Positions 38,244 to 47,935 of a DNA stretch of 64,000 nt are shown here, piece after piece. Position 1 is the first letter of the stretch, and every line of letters starts with the position of its first letter. The translations under genes were made by a program, and so were the position numbers. Source of the stretch: an uncultured delta proteobacterium. GTDB taxonomy: Bacteria; Desulfobacterota; Binatia; UBA9968. The stretch covers positions 800,001-864,000 of the forward strand of contig CAVSHR010000005.1 in NCBI GenBank assembly GCA_963727625.1. The letters are read 5' to 3'. The notes below the pieces were generated by a model. The model saw only the letters and a list, made by a program, of their open reading frames with translations, was not told the DNA's origin and made no database searches.

Positions 38244-39785
38244 TCAGTTCTCCTTTTTGCCAGGGGCCTCGGATCGGGCCGGCTTCCTCGACCGCGTGGA
38301 CGCGCGTGGCGCGGCCTTCTTCGGGGCCGCCTTTCGCGGGACACGCGCTGCCGTGGGGGCGGCGGCCCCGACGCGGGCGCGCGGACGGTGCGGCTTGGCG
38401 CGCCCGAGGGGCTCCGCGGTCGCGTCGATGGCAATGGGCCCGATCTCGGATGCCTTGTCGTCAGCGGCCTCCGCCTGCGGCTCCAGCCGATTGCCCGGCT
38501 CGCCTTGATTAAGTTCCTCCAGCGGCTCGCGCGCACCGGCGTCCATCGATTCGACGACGTCGTCGGACTCCGCTTCGCCCGGGTCCTGTTGCGGGACCGC
38601 GGACCGGGTCGCCCCCGTCTGCTGCAGGACCGGCCCCTTGAAGACGAGCAGGCCGCCGCGGCGATCTCGTTCGAGCCGCACGAGGCCCTCGCGCTGACAG
38701 GCACGCAATAGATCGATCAGGCCGGGAAAGCCGTAGCGGCGCTCGTCGAAACCATTATCGGCTGCGCGCAACAGCTGCTTGACATTGCGCAGGTATATCG
38801 GCCACCGCGCGGTCGTCGCGGCCGTCAGAATTTGCCCGACAAGCCGGACACCATCAGCCTGGTCACCCGCCGGCGTGACGGGTGCCTCCGCGACGACAGG
38901 TGCCTCGACGGCCTCCGCCTCGGGAGAAGGCGGTCGAACGACGTCCCGCCTCGTCTCCGGCGCAGCCTGGGGCTTGGCCGGCGCGGCCGCCGACTGATCG
39001 CCTTCCTCGAAGTGCTCGTTCAATTCGACCATCACGCTCCGGCCAGTGTGCTTCAATTGCGCGAGTCCGGCCTGAGCCAGCTTTTCGACGAAATCGTGGA
39101 ACGAGGACGCACCGTAGTTGCGTTCGGAGAAGGTCGAGTCGAGCTGGAGCAGGGTGCTCTTCAGGAGCCCCGTTTGTGGCGACACTTCGCGGTCGGACAG
39201 GATCTTCAGCGCGCGGCGCACGATCGGGAACGCCTGCGCGATCGGGCTGGAGGCTGCGGGCGCCACCGGGCGACCACCCTTGAACGCGGAGCGACGGCCA
39301 CCCGTGAGGTTCTCGTACGCGATGAACTCGTGGCAGTTGCGCTGCAGGATAATGCTCGTGAAAGCGCGGCCGCCCACGACGAAGACCTTCTTGTCGTACT
39401 GCTTCAGCTTCTCGACCAGCGAGAGGAAGTCGCTGTCGCCGCCGACGATCACGTACGCGTTGATGTGCGGGTGCGTGAACGCCATTTCGAGAGCGTCGAG
39501 GGCGAGGTTGATGTCCGCCCCGTTCTTGTCCCCGCCGGGCGTCAGATTGCGCTGCACCAGCCGGATGGCGTGCTGCGTGAGATGGCGGCTGTACTCGCCC
39601 GCGCGCGTCCAGTCGGCATAGGCGATCTTGGTGACCACCTCACCCCGCTCCTTCAAGGCGTCGAGGATAGCGCCGATGTCGAAATTCTCTCCGAGCGTCG
39701 ATTTGACGCCGATTTCGATGTTGTCGAAGTCGATGAAGACGGCGATGTTGAGACGGTCCTGATGGGGCAAATGAAATCCTTTCAA
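38244..39785 (-). CDS. NYN (LabA/DUF88) domain protein with two OST-HTH/LOTUS domains
   Basis: IAVFIDFDN, KNGADINLALDA, GGDSDF, FSERNYG and FDERRYG, plus a low-complexity tail. Confidence 0.9.
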   Translation of the reverse strand: MKGFHLPHQDRLNIAVFIDFDNIEIGVKSTLGENFDIGAILDALKERGEVVTKIAYADWTRAGEYSRHLTQHAIRLVQRNLTPGGDKNGADINLALDALEMAFTHPHINAYVIVGGDSDFLSLVEKLKQYDKKVFVVGGRAFTSIILQRNCHEFIAYENLTGGRRSAFKGGRPVAPAASSPIAQAFPIVRRALKILSDREVSPQTGLLKSTLLQLDSTFSERNYGASSFHDFVEKLAQAGLAQLKHTGRSVMVELNEHFEEGDQSAAAPAKPQAAPETRRDVVRPPSPEAEAVEAPVVAEAPVTPAGDQADGVRLVGQILTAATTARWPIYLRNVKQLLRAADNGFDERRYGFPGLIDLLRACQREGLVRLERDRRGGLLVFKGPVLQQTGATRSAVPQQDPGEAESDDVVESMDAGAREPLEELNQGEPGNRLEPQAEAADDKASEIGPIAIDATAEPLGRAKPHRPRARVGAAAPTAARVPRKAAPKKAAPRASTRSRKPARSEAPGKKEN

Positions 39786-39924
39786 CTACTATTTTCTATA
39801 CTATGCCGAGAGGGGCGCCGGCGCTAGGGGGGGGCGAGACGATCACCCGCGTGAATTGGCCACGCTGCATGATCTCGCGTTTGCATAAGAAATTCAAACC
39901 AGCTTTTTGTTCTGCCCGAGGCGT

Positions 39925-40761
39925 TCACGCCCCGGCGCCGCGGATCGAGGCGTCCTCCAGGCAGCCGGCGGCGGCTTGGTCCGGGTCGAGGGAATTGTCC
40001 CACAGCGCGCCGACGAAGCGCGTGCCGGTCGCGCCGTCCGAGCGGGCCGAGCACAGCCACACCAGAAGCGGGTTCATGATATCGGCGGGGAGCAGCGTGC
40101 GCCCGGGTTCCGGCGGGCGGTTGACGTCGCCGTTGTCGCAGGCGCCGCCGGGTAGCAGCGCATTGACCGTGACGCCTTTGCCTTCGAGGTCGCGCGCCCA
40201 AATATAGGTGGACGAATCGATGGCCGCCTTGGTGACGCCGTAGGGGCTCTGGCCCACCGAGTAGAAATTGCGCAGCGAGGTGGTGAGGTTGATGATCTTG
40301 CCGTAACCCATCTCGAGGAAGTAGGGCGTGACGGTGCGCGACATGAAAAAGGTTCCGGCGACGTTGACTTCCACCGTCTCGCGGTACAGAACCGGATCGA
40401 CGGCCCAAAACGGGAGATGCCCGGCGGCCTCCGGCTTACCGGAGTCGCGGCGCAGGCGGCGGGCGTTGTTGACCAGCACATGGAGCACTCCGAAGGCGTC
40501 GACGGCGACCTTCAGACAGTTTGCGCAGGATTCCAAATCGGTGATGTCGGTCTCGACGGCGAGCGCCCGGCCCGGCCCGGCGATGGCGGCGATCTCCTCC
40601 GCCACCGCGTTGAGACCGTCCATGACCGGCGAGGCCAGTACCAGGCGCGCGCCCTTTTTTGCGAGGCCGAGGCTCATCGCGCGGCCAAGGCCGCGGTCGG
40701 CGCCGGTCATGATGACGACGCGGCCCTCAAGATCGATATCGGGCAGGTCCATTTCCGCCAT
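39925..40761 (-). CDS. Short-chain dehydrogenase/reductase
   Basis: TGADRGLG, LVNNA, YGVTK and VNALLPGG. Confidence 0.92.
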   Translation of the reverse strand: MAEMDLPDIDLEGRVVIMTGADRGLGRAMSLGLAKKGARLVLASPVMDGLNAVAEEIAAIAGPGRALAVETDITDLESCANCLKVAVDAFGVLHVLVNNARRLRRDSGKPEAAGHLPFWAVDPVLYRETVEVNVAGTFFMSRTVTPYFLEMGYGKIINLTTSLRNFYSVGQSPYGVTKAAIDSSTYIWARDLEGKGVTVNALLPGGACDNGDVNRPPEPGRTLLPADIMNPLLVWLCSARSDGATGTRFVGALWDNSLDPDQAAAGCLEDASIRGAGA

Positions 40762-40916
40762 TGTTTTCCCCCTATAGAATTTCTTGATACGACTATACGA
40801 AGCTGCCAGCCCGTGCAAAAGCCAGCCCGATTATTTCTCCCGATCTCTATGGTTTTCATTGAAGGCGCAACGTAAGCTCATGCAACGGCTCGCGGTTAGA
40901 TGAATGCGGAGGAATC

Positions 40917-41702
40917 ATGCTGGTGCTTTATCATGGCACGACTTCGGTGTGCGCCCAGAAGGTGCGGCTCACTCTCGCGGAAAAGGGGCTCGAGTGGCAC
41001 AGCCACCTGCTCGAGTTGAACGGCGATCATCTCACCCCGGAGTATTTGAAGATCAATCCCAACGGCGTGGTGCCGACGCTGGTGCACGACGGCACGATCA
41101 TCGTCGAGTCCACCGTGATCATCCACTATCTCGACGATATCTTTCCCGATCCGCCGCTGATGCCGCGCGCGCCGCTCGACCGGACGCGCGCCCATCTTTT
41201 CAAAAAGCTCATGGACGAATACATCCATCCGGCGTGCATCGTCTATACGTTTGCAACGGCCAACCGCGGCCGCTTCGCCGGCTTGTCTCCTGAACAACGC
41301 GCCGAGCAGTATGCCAAGATGCCGCTGCAGCGCCAGGCCGAGTACAAGCGCGCCGGCGTCGAGGAAGGCATTGGATCGCCGGCAGGGAAGGAAGCGACCA
41401 AGAGCTTCATGAAGCTGCTCAAGTGGATCGAAGAGTCGACGGAAAAATCCGCCTGGCTCGCCGGCCCGGACTATTCGCTGGCCGACATCGCCGCCATTCC
41501 CTACATGATGCGTCTGGAGATGTTGCGGCTCGCGCGCCTGTGGGATCACAAGCCGGGCGTCGCAGCGTGGTGGGAGCGCGCCAAAGCGCGCCGCTCCTTC
41601 GATAAGGCGTTTCTCCAATGGTTGCGCCCGCAGGATTGGCAGCGCTACGAAAAGATGCCCGATCCGTGGCCGGATGTGAGCAAGAACCTGGCGGCAGTCT
41701 GA
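40917..41702 (+). CDS. Glutathione S-transferase family protein
   Basis: SVCAQKVR, INPNGVVPTL, ESTVIIHYLDD and YSLADI. Confidence 0.92.
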   Translation: MLVLYHGTTSVCAQKVRLTLAEKGLEWHSHLLELNGDHLTPEYLKINPNGVVPTLVHDGTIIVESTVIIHYLDDIFPDPPLMPRAPLDRTRAHLFKKLMDEYIHPACIVYTFATANRGRFAGLSPEQRAEQYAKMPLQRQAEYKRAGVEEGIGSPAGKEATKSFMKLLKWIEESTEKSAWLAGPDYSLADIAAIPYMMRLEMLRLARLWDHKPGVAAWWERAKARRSFDKAFLQWLRPQDWQRYEKMPDPWPDVSKNLAAV

Positions 41703-41721
41703 TCGAGGAACTCGATGTAGT

Positions 41722-41883
41722 TTAGCCGGGCGAGCTCTCACTCTGAAGTGCGATGATGGCGAAACCCAAGTCCGCGCCGATCACGACTTCCATGGCGAAT
41801 TCACTGCATGGGTTGCGCCAGATGCCCGAAGCCGTTTGTCCCGGCGCCATGGCGTGTTTGAGATGATCGACCGGCAGGTCCAT
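41722..41883 (-). pseudogene. Degenerate 5' fragment of an HpcH/HpaI aldolase
   Basis: 53-codon ORF with RBS: MDLPVDHLKHAMAPGQTASGIWRNPCSEFAMEVVIGADLGF, resembling the HpcH N-terminus. Confidence 0.55.
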
Positions 41884-41908
41884 GGGTGACCTTCCTGAGT
41901 TGTAGAGC

Positions 41909-42496
41909 CTAGCGTTCGCCCGGATAGTCCGGCAGGCGCTTCAACGCGTCGACGAAGGACTCTTTCATGCCGCGCTCGGAACGCTTGATGTAGTTGCCGG
42001 TGAAAGGCAGGGTATCGTCGCGCTCAACCTTGGCGACGAGGAAGCGAAATTCCTGCGCTGCCAGCGCCGCGCGCAAGGCCTTTTCATACTCCTCCATGGT
42101 GCGCAGCGTCGCGGTGTGCGCGATGCCGGCGCCTTCGGCCATCTTGGCGAGATCCGTGCGTCGTGCCGTTGCCGTTTCGCCCATGTTGCTGTAGACGCCG
42201 TTGTCGAACACCACGGCGGTTAAATTTGCCGGGCGAACGTCGGCTGCGGTGATGAGGCTGCTCGTCTCTATGATGAGACTGCCATCGCCGTCGATCGCGA
42301 CCACGCGGCGTTTGGGAAACGCGAGCGCGACACCGACGGCAAAAGGCAGGCACAGGCCCATGTTGAGGCCGTAGAAACTCGGCCGCTCGCCGCGCAACGC
42401 CGACCACATGCGCGCGTTGGTGGTCAAATTGGTGATCGTGAGGGTCTCGCCGTCGATGAGATCGGAGAGCAGTTTCATGCAGGCAGAGTGTTTCAC
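41909..42496 (-). CDS. ThDP-dependent decarboxylase beta subunit (ComE/phosphonopyruvate decarboxylase-like)
   Basis: NMG and the ThDP motif IDGDGS...FDNG. The GTG start overlaps the alpha-subunit stop (GTGA). Confidence 0.85.
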   Translation of the reverse strand: MKHSACMKLLSDLIDGETLTITNLTTNARMWSALRGERPSFYGLNMGLCLPFAVGVALAFPKRRVVAIDGDGSLIIETSSLITAADVRPANLTAVVFDNGVYSNMGETATARRTDLAKMAEGAGIAHTATLRTMEEYEKALRAALAAQEFRFLVAKVERDDTLPFTGNYIKRSERGMKESFVDALKRLPDYPGER

Positions 42497-43005
42497 CAGA
42501 GCACCTCGCCGGTCAGGAGCAGCGCCGCGGGCATGTCCGAGGTGCGGCACATGAAGTGCGCATCGCGGATCGTTCGTTTGAGCGTGCGCCGCTCGCCGGC
42601 GATCTGATACGGAATGCGCAGCGCCTGCAGGAAAGGCTCGCCCACTTGGCGGAACACCTGGAGCTTCGAGCCCGAGATGCCCGAGCGATCGCCGAAGTCG
42701 CCGCGGTACGAGGCCAGGATGAACACCGGAATACCGTACTGCGGCCCCATGTGCATCAACGCCAGTCCGCCTTTCAACAAGCCCGCAATCCCGGTGACGA
42801 ACACCGCGCGACGCCCGGCGATCGCCGCGCCGGCAGTGAGCGCCACACCGCCATCCTCGGAGGCGACCGTCACGCATTGAAAGTAGGGATCGGCTTGCAC
42901 CGCTTGCGTGAGCGAGGCCGTGGGTTCCTCCGGAAGCGTGACGAAGAGATCGATCTTCTCCTCCTTCAGCGCTTCGATGATCAATCGTGCGGGTTCGGCA
43001 TCCAT
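42493..43005 (-). CDS. ThDP-dependent decarboxylase alpha subunit (ComD-like)
   Basis: IIEALKEEKIDLFVTLP, SEDGGVALTAGA and IPVFILASYRG. AAGGAG RBS. Confidence 0.82.
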   Translation of the reverse strand: MDAEPARLIIEALKEEKIDLFVTLPEEPTASLTQAVQADPYFQCVTVASEDGGVALTAGAAIAGRRAVFVTGIAGLLKGGLALMHMGPQYGIPVFILASYRGDFGDRSGISGSKLQVFRQVGEPFLQALRIPYQIAGERRTLKRTIRDAHFMCRTSDMPAALLLTGEVLW

Positions 43006-43169
43006 CGATTCTCCTTCCAAGGCGAAAAGAAGCGCCACCGCTGCATCGGGCAGCGGCCGCGCCCGTCAGCACAGACATAACGCAGGACCGGAAGAGCTGT
43101 CAATTTGCCTTTGTGCTTGACGAGAAACCCACCGTCGTCTCTGTGGGGGAATGTGTCAGGCCTGACGCC
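42895..43169. repeat. Direct repeat copy 1 (comD-like 5' end plus upstream region)
   Basis: Aligns by eye with 44546-44917. Confidence 0.85.
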
Positions 43170-43236
43170 AAATCAACACCCGGGGAGGAATCAAGGGACG
43201 GTCAAACTTGTGGATTTGATCGGTCCTGCATTGGAT

Positions 43237-44127
43237 TCATTGAAGATACTGCTTGAACCATTCGAGGACCGGTTTCATGGCTTCATTTGTCCTCTTCCCA
43301 TACACGTCGAAGTGTACGCCGTCTTTTAGAGTGAAGAGCTTCTTCGGTTCCCCAGCCTTGCGATACAAGATATTGGCGTCATCCGCCTCGAGCTCGTCCT
43401 TCTCAGCTTGAACGAAGAGAATGGGTGTTGGAGACACCTTGTCGATAATCTCTTCCGGCTTGTAGCCCAGCCACCCATCAACGGTGGCGAGAGTTGTGTC
43501 GTTGCCTTTATCGTCTTCCACTTGTTCGGCCTCCTTCAAGGAAGAGGTCAGATCGGGAGGCATGATCAGTACCGAATCGGTTCCCGATTTCAAAAAGCCA
43601 CGGAACTCCTTGGACTTGCCGGTCACGGCCCGGTTGATCCTGTCCTCCTGGACTTTTTGCATGAGAGTTTGCCACTGCTCCTCGGTGCGAAATTTTCGCA
43701 TTCTGCGCACGCCATCGCCGACCAGGACCATCGAGGCAACCGCCTTTACGCGCCGGTCTCGAGCCGCTATGTACGCCACTTCTCCGCCTCCCAGACTCAC
43801 ACCGAGTATGGCTATTTTATCAGGGTCAACTTCTGGTCTTGACTGCAGGAAGGATATGGCGTTGCTGGCGTCATAGATCTGCAGGTATGGAATGACCTCG
43901 CCGCGGACGCCTTCGCTCTGTCCGAATCCTCTGAAATCCATGGTCAGGGATACAAAGCCGCCTTTGTTCAACTCATCAGCGAACCCAGGAAAGAAAGCAT
44001 CCGCCGTGCTCATGAAACCTGGCACAAGCACGACACCAGGAAAGCGTTTTCCTTGGGAATTGTCAGGCGTATTAAGGATTCCGGACAGTTTTAGCCCGTC
44101 GCTATAGTAGCTGATTCTCTCTCTCAT
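43237..44127 (-). CDS. Alpha/beta hydrolase (S9/S15-like)
   Basis: DFRGFGQSEG, GVSLGGG, AEKD and GVHFDVY. Confidence 0.9.
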   Translation of the reverse strand: MRERISYYSDGLKLSGILNTPDNSQGKRFPGVVLVPGFMSTADAFFPGFADELNKGGFVSLTMDFRGFGQSEGVRGEVIPYLQIYDASNAISFLQSRPEVDPDKIAILGVSLGGGEVAYIAARDRRVKAVASMVLVGDGVRRMRKFRTEEQWQTLMQKVQEDRINRAVTGKSKEFRGFLKSGTDSVLIMPPDLTSSLKEAEQVEDDKGNDTTLATVDGWLGYKPEEIIDKVSPTPILFVQAEKDELEADDANILYRKAGEPKKLFTLKDGVHFDVYGKRTNEAMKPVLEWFKQYLQ

Positions 44128-44176
44128 TACTCAAAGCTCCGTTTCAAAGGTTTTCGATTCGTTTATTAAATGCAGA

Positions 44177-44389
44177 CTATAACTTGCCCCGCGCTTCAAC
44201 GAACCTGTGAGCATCGTCGATGACAGGTTCCGTCACCGGGACATAAGGAACAATAAGTCGATCCACGCCGGCTTCCACGAAGGGCTGCAGCCGGTTCTTG
44301 ATTTCCTGTACCGATGTCGCCGGAGTCACGGGAAACATTTCCATGTACTCGTCGATCATCTTCGCGCTGGCAGCCTTGAATCCGCCGGC
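44177..44389 (-). pseudogene. 3' remnant of an LLM-class oxidoreductase
   Basis: ...SVQEIKNRLQPFVEAGVDRLIVPY. An in-frame stop lies immediately upstream. Confidence 0.6.
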
Positions 44390-44542
44390 CTATGAATAGG
44401 ATTTTTGACCGACCTTTTCAATGGCCGGTGCTATATCGCAACACCGGCGGAATTGTGAATCCCTTTTCGTTCTGATGAAAAAGCCCAAGTCTTCTATCGG
44501 GCGGCTCGGCCGGAGAGCGGGCGTTAAGGGCGCAAAGGCTCT

Positions 44543-44656
44543 TTATTGCACCGCTTGCGTGAGTAAGACCGTGGGTTCCTCCCGAAGCGTGACGTAGAGA
44601 TCGATCTTCTCCTCCTTCAGCGCTTCAATGATCAATCGTGCGGGTTCGGCATCCAT
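44543..44656 (-). pseudogene. Truncated duplicate of the comD-like 5' end (37 codons)
   Basis: MDAEPARLIIEALKEEKIDLYVTLREEPTVLLTQAVQ* versus the intact gene's MDAEPARLIIEALKEEKIDLFVTLPEEPTASLTQAVQ. Confidence 0.88.
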
Positions 44657-44819
44657 CGATTCTCCTTAGCATCACGAAAAGAAGGCGCGGGCTGCATCGG
44701 GCAGCGGCCGCGCCACTCAGCGCAGACATAGCGCAGGACCGAAAGAGAAGTCAATTTGCTTTTCTGCTTGAAGAGAAACCCACCGTCGTCTTCGTGGGTG
44801 ATGGTGCCATATCGGTGAT

Positions 44820-44917
44820 GGTGTCATGCCTGAGTATTGAGTTATTTGACAGTCAGGCTCACCGAGAAGAAACTCCCGCAACGGTTAGCTGAATAGTCAA
44901 TATTCAGGCCTGACACC
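44820..44917. mobile_element. 98-bp MITE/REPIN-like element
   Basis: Ends ggtgtcatgcctgagtattga (44820-44840) and tcaatattcaggcctgacacc (44897-44917) match at 19 of 21 positions as an inverted repeat. Confidence 0.65.
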
Positions 44918-45056
44918 GAACTTCATACACTTTTCTCGCTCCACGCAATTTGACTATCAACAGGTCTGGACATTTCAATGTCTATCGACGAAGATTTACG
45001 AAGTCATAACTAGCGATGGTGCCAGCGACTAAACCGGTAGCAACATAAATTGAGAT

Positions 45057-45878
45057 ATGGCCGCTAAAACTCGACAGATCATCAAAAGATTGGCAAAGGG
45101 ACCATGCGTTTTCTGCCGGCGTGGAAATGTGCCCTTTACAAAGGAAGACCTGCCACCAGAAACGGTTGTCGGGGAGAAGGCTATGATTTTAGTCGATTGG
45201 GTATGTGGTGAATGTAACAATAAGTTCTCTGTAGAAGACGATTATTTCGCCAAACATTATCACGGTGCTGTCGGCCGTGTCGTCTATGGTGTTACCGTAA
45301 AGAACCGAAAAGGTGCACAAGTCGATCGTAAAGATTTTTGGGGAAAGTTTCAGCTCGATCTCAACACTGTTCAATTCCAAATAAAGACGAAAAAAGAGAG
45401 AGACGATCTCTTAAGGGACCTTGATCTTGTAGAAAAGCGACAACCAACGAGGATCGAAATTGAAAATCGTGTTGTCAACACGCGGCGAATAGGAAAATGC
45501 CTCGCAAAGATGGCTCTTGAAGCATTGGCCTGCTATGCGCCCGAGACGGCGCTTGCAGCACGATTTGATCCAATTCGTCGATATGCGTGCGGCCGAGGAC
45601 CGCTAAAATTCTTGCCCTTCGCATTAGGAAATCCCAAAGGTGAAATTGGTGTTCGTCTTGTGGACGTTAAATTCGATGGCAGTGATAAAAGGGTCCCAGT
45701 GAGCCTCATCTTTCTTCCAGCCGCCTCCTATGCGGTCCAACTCAGTGATTATGATGACCTTCATCCTTTGTGGCACGTCGCAAAATTCTTTAAGATGATT
45801 TTTGATGAAGATGGTAAACGGACTCAACGTTCTATTACGACTGTAGATTTTGAATTTCCCGACTCCCTAAATTCTTAG
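45057..45878 (+). CDS. HNH-endonuclease-like protein (zinc-finger HNH N-terminus)
   Basis: CVFC...KEDLPPETVVG...VCGECNNKFS and LAKMALE. The DNA is visibly more AT-rich than its flanks. Confidence 0.65.
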   Translation: MAAKTRQIIKRLAKGPCVFCRRGNVPFTKEDLPPETVVGEKAMILVDWVCGECNNKFSVEDDYFAKHYHGAVGRVVYGVTVKNRKGAQVDRKDFWGKFQLDLNTVQFQIKTKKERDDLLRDLDLVEKRQPTRIEIENRVVNTRRIGKCLAKMALEALACYAPETALAARFDPIRRYACGRGPLKFLPFALGNPKGEIGVRLVDVKFDGSDKRVPVSLIFLPAASYAVQLSDYDDLHPLWHVAKFFKMIFDEDGKRTQRSITTVDFEFPDSLNS

Positions 45879-45948
45879 ATTTCGGTCTTTCAGTGTTTAT
45901 CTGGCCTAAAGTGGTTCGGCGCTCAGTGCAGTGACTAGGAGATTTTTA

Positions 45949-46701
45949 ATGCCGGGATTTCCTAATTATGTGTCTGATGAGCTTTTCCATCTAGTCGGTT
46001 TTAAACACCCAGACAAACATGATGCCAATTACAAGATCCTGAAGGACATTTTTGCGAGCGGGTGGATTTCGTATTGGCCCCACGCAAAAGACTGGGGCGA
46101 GCACCGCATTGAGATCAACTGGGACGCTGACATGGCGAAAGGAGAATTTTTAGTCCCTACAATCACCTGTTTCGCCGATATTCCATATGAATGTCTAGGG
46201 CTGCATGGCCAAAAGTACGGTCAATTCGGAATTTCCTTTCATCGCTCATATCTGGTGTATTATCATACTCGCCCCGTCATGTATGTGCCCTACCTTCCAA
46301 CTGGCTCACCGTCCATTTCTGGTCGCGATTTGATAAAGCATCTGCAAAATACTTTTAAGGGCTTTGAGAAACTAGTTGTTGATCCGCTCGGTGATCCGCC
46401 GGCTATTTATATAGGAAGCGAGCCGAGCACAGCCGAACAAGCAATCTATGCAACGTCCAGTATATATCTACAGCAGCTCTTGGCATACGTGAAACCATTT
46501 GACGCCACACTCGCAGTCGATAATCGTGAAAACTACTACATGGAGCGTGAATGGCGAAAGTTTGGAAACCTAAAACTAGACCGCCTACGTCGGGTGGTAG
46601 TGCATCCAGATTTCGTTAAGCAGGCAAAGCAAGACTTGCCTGCGTTTAAGAGCTTAGTATCACCATTTCCGAGCAAAGAAGCCGTCATGGGAAATACTTA
46701 A
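45949..46701 (+). CDS. AbiGi-family (abortive infection) protein
   Basis: LFH, TCFADIP...HGQKYGQFGISF, RPVMYVP and YYMEREWR. AGGAG RBS. Confidence 0.75.
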   Translation: MPGFPNYVSDELFHLVGFKHPDKHDANYKILKDIFASGWISYWPHAKDWGEHRIEINWDADMAKGEFLVPTITCFADIPYECLGLHGQKYGQFGISFHRSYLVYYHTRPVMYVPYLPTGSPSISGRDLIKHLQNTFKGFEKLVVDPLGDPPAIYIGSEPSTAEQAIYATSSIYLQQLLAYVKPFDATLAVDNRENYYMEREWRKFGNLKLDRLRRVVVHPDFVKQAKQDLPAFKSLVSPFPSKEAVMGNT

Positions 46702-46816
46702 AGATGCAGGAATTGATTGTCGGTTCCCGTGCCCAAACCGACGCGAATGGAACCGCCATAGCTTGACACGGAGTGGATAGGAAGTGTTTTTCAAGGAAAC
46801 GGCCGGGGTCGATGCC

Positions 46817-47854
46817 GGGGTCAGGCAAACCTTATCGATCTTTTTAGTCGCCGTCCCCTCCTCAAGTTATCGCAAAGCGTTTCCACCGCACCACGCAACT
46901 CCGGTTTGCTCGCCAACTCTTCTGCCAGCTTTCCTAATCCTCTGCTCAACACCGCTGGTTCTTGCTGCAACTGTTTGGCTAGCGTTTGATTGGTAAACCC
47001 GCCCAATTCTCTGCCCACCCATGCCATCACCCGCCTCACCCGCACGATCTCTCTTGCACGGCCGCGATGCAACACCGCCGAAGCAGGCAAACCGAACTGT
47101 TTACAGACGCGGTCTTTTATCTCAGCCCAGCTGATTTCTACGATCTGCCTCTCTTCGTGCTCCGGCTCCCGCTCCTCTACTCTTTCCACGAACCCATCGT
47201 CACCCAAGTAGCGCTGATCTATAACCTTGTACAAATCATCGCGATGCCCATCCGTGATCCCGTCCAGCACAAAACGACGATACCCATCGATCGCCTGTGC
47301 CCGGCCCTTTCCCCATTGAGGCAATACCTCGTCTACCGCAATCCAGCTCTTGGCTTCGCCCTTCAAGTACGTTCCATGACTGCTCCAGGCGTATTTGCCG
47401 GGATCGTCCACAATCTTGCTTCGCACTGGATTGAGATGGAGATATCGGATTAACTCCAAAAGATAACTCTCTTTGTCACACAAAATCGCTTTGTAACGCC
47501 CCTGAAATAAATGCCCCGTTTTCTTATACCGCCGGTTCCAGTAACGCGTGTAGCGAAACAAAATATTTTGCATCACTTTCGAAAGCGGTGTCTGGCCTAT
47601 CTCGATCAGATGGTGAACGTGATTGCCCATCAGGACATAGGCGTACAGCCGGTAGCCAAATCGCTTTTGGCCCTCTTTAAGAAAGCCCAAATAGCGCTCA
47701 CGATCCTGATCCTCGCTGAAGATTGCCTGCCCCTGATTGCCGCGACTCATGACGTGATAGAGCGCTCCGGTGAAATGTATTCTGGGCTTTCTGGCCATAA
47801 TAACGCGACCATAGTGTGCCAGCCGCGAAATAGCAATAAGGTTTGCCTGACCCC
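46817..47854 (-). mobile_element. RAYT/Y1-transposase element bounded by perfect 19-bp inverted repeats
   Basis: ggggtcaggcaaaccttat (46817-46835) and its reverse complement (47836-47854). Confidence 0.85.
46821..47798 (-). CDS. REP-associated tyrosine (HUH, Y1) transposase with C-terminal HTH (DnaA_C-like)
   Basis: MARKPR, YHVMSRGN, LMGNHVH, GHLFQGRYKA, RYLHLNPVR and WSSH. Confidence 0.92.
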   Translation of the reverse strand: MARKPRIHFTGALYHVMSRGNQGQAIFSEDQDRERYLGFLKEGQKRFGYRLYAYVLMGNHVHHLIEIGQTPLSKVMQNILFRYTRYWNRRYKKTGHLFQGRYKAILCDKESYLLELIRYLHLNPVRSKIVDDPGKYAWSSHGTYLKGEAKSWIAVDEVLPQWGKGRAQAIDGYRRFVLDGITDGHRDDLYKVIDQRYLGDDGFVERVEEREPEHEERQIVEISWAEIKDRVCKQFGLPASAVLHRGRAREIVRVRRVMAWVGRELGGFTNQTLAKQLQQEPAVLSRGLGKLAEELASKPELRGAVETLCDNLRRGRRLKRSIRFA

Positions 47855-47935
47855 AGTGCTTGACCCGGTCAGGCTTTTACGTCTCGACTATCCTGTTGAG
47901 GGCGTGGTCCGCGGTCAAATCTTGACTTACCGGAT

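Noticed and set aside
41909-43078. 389-aa ORF as a fused protein
   Set aside because: The N-terminal half is an off-frame overlap of the alpha subunit. The real start is the GTG at 42496.
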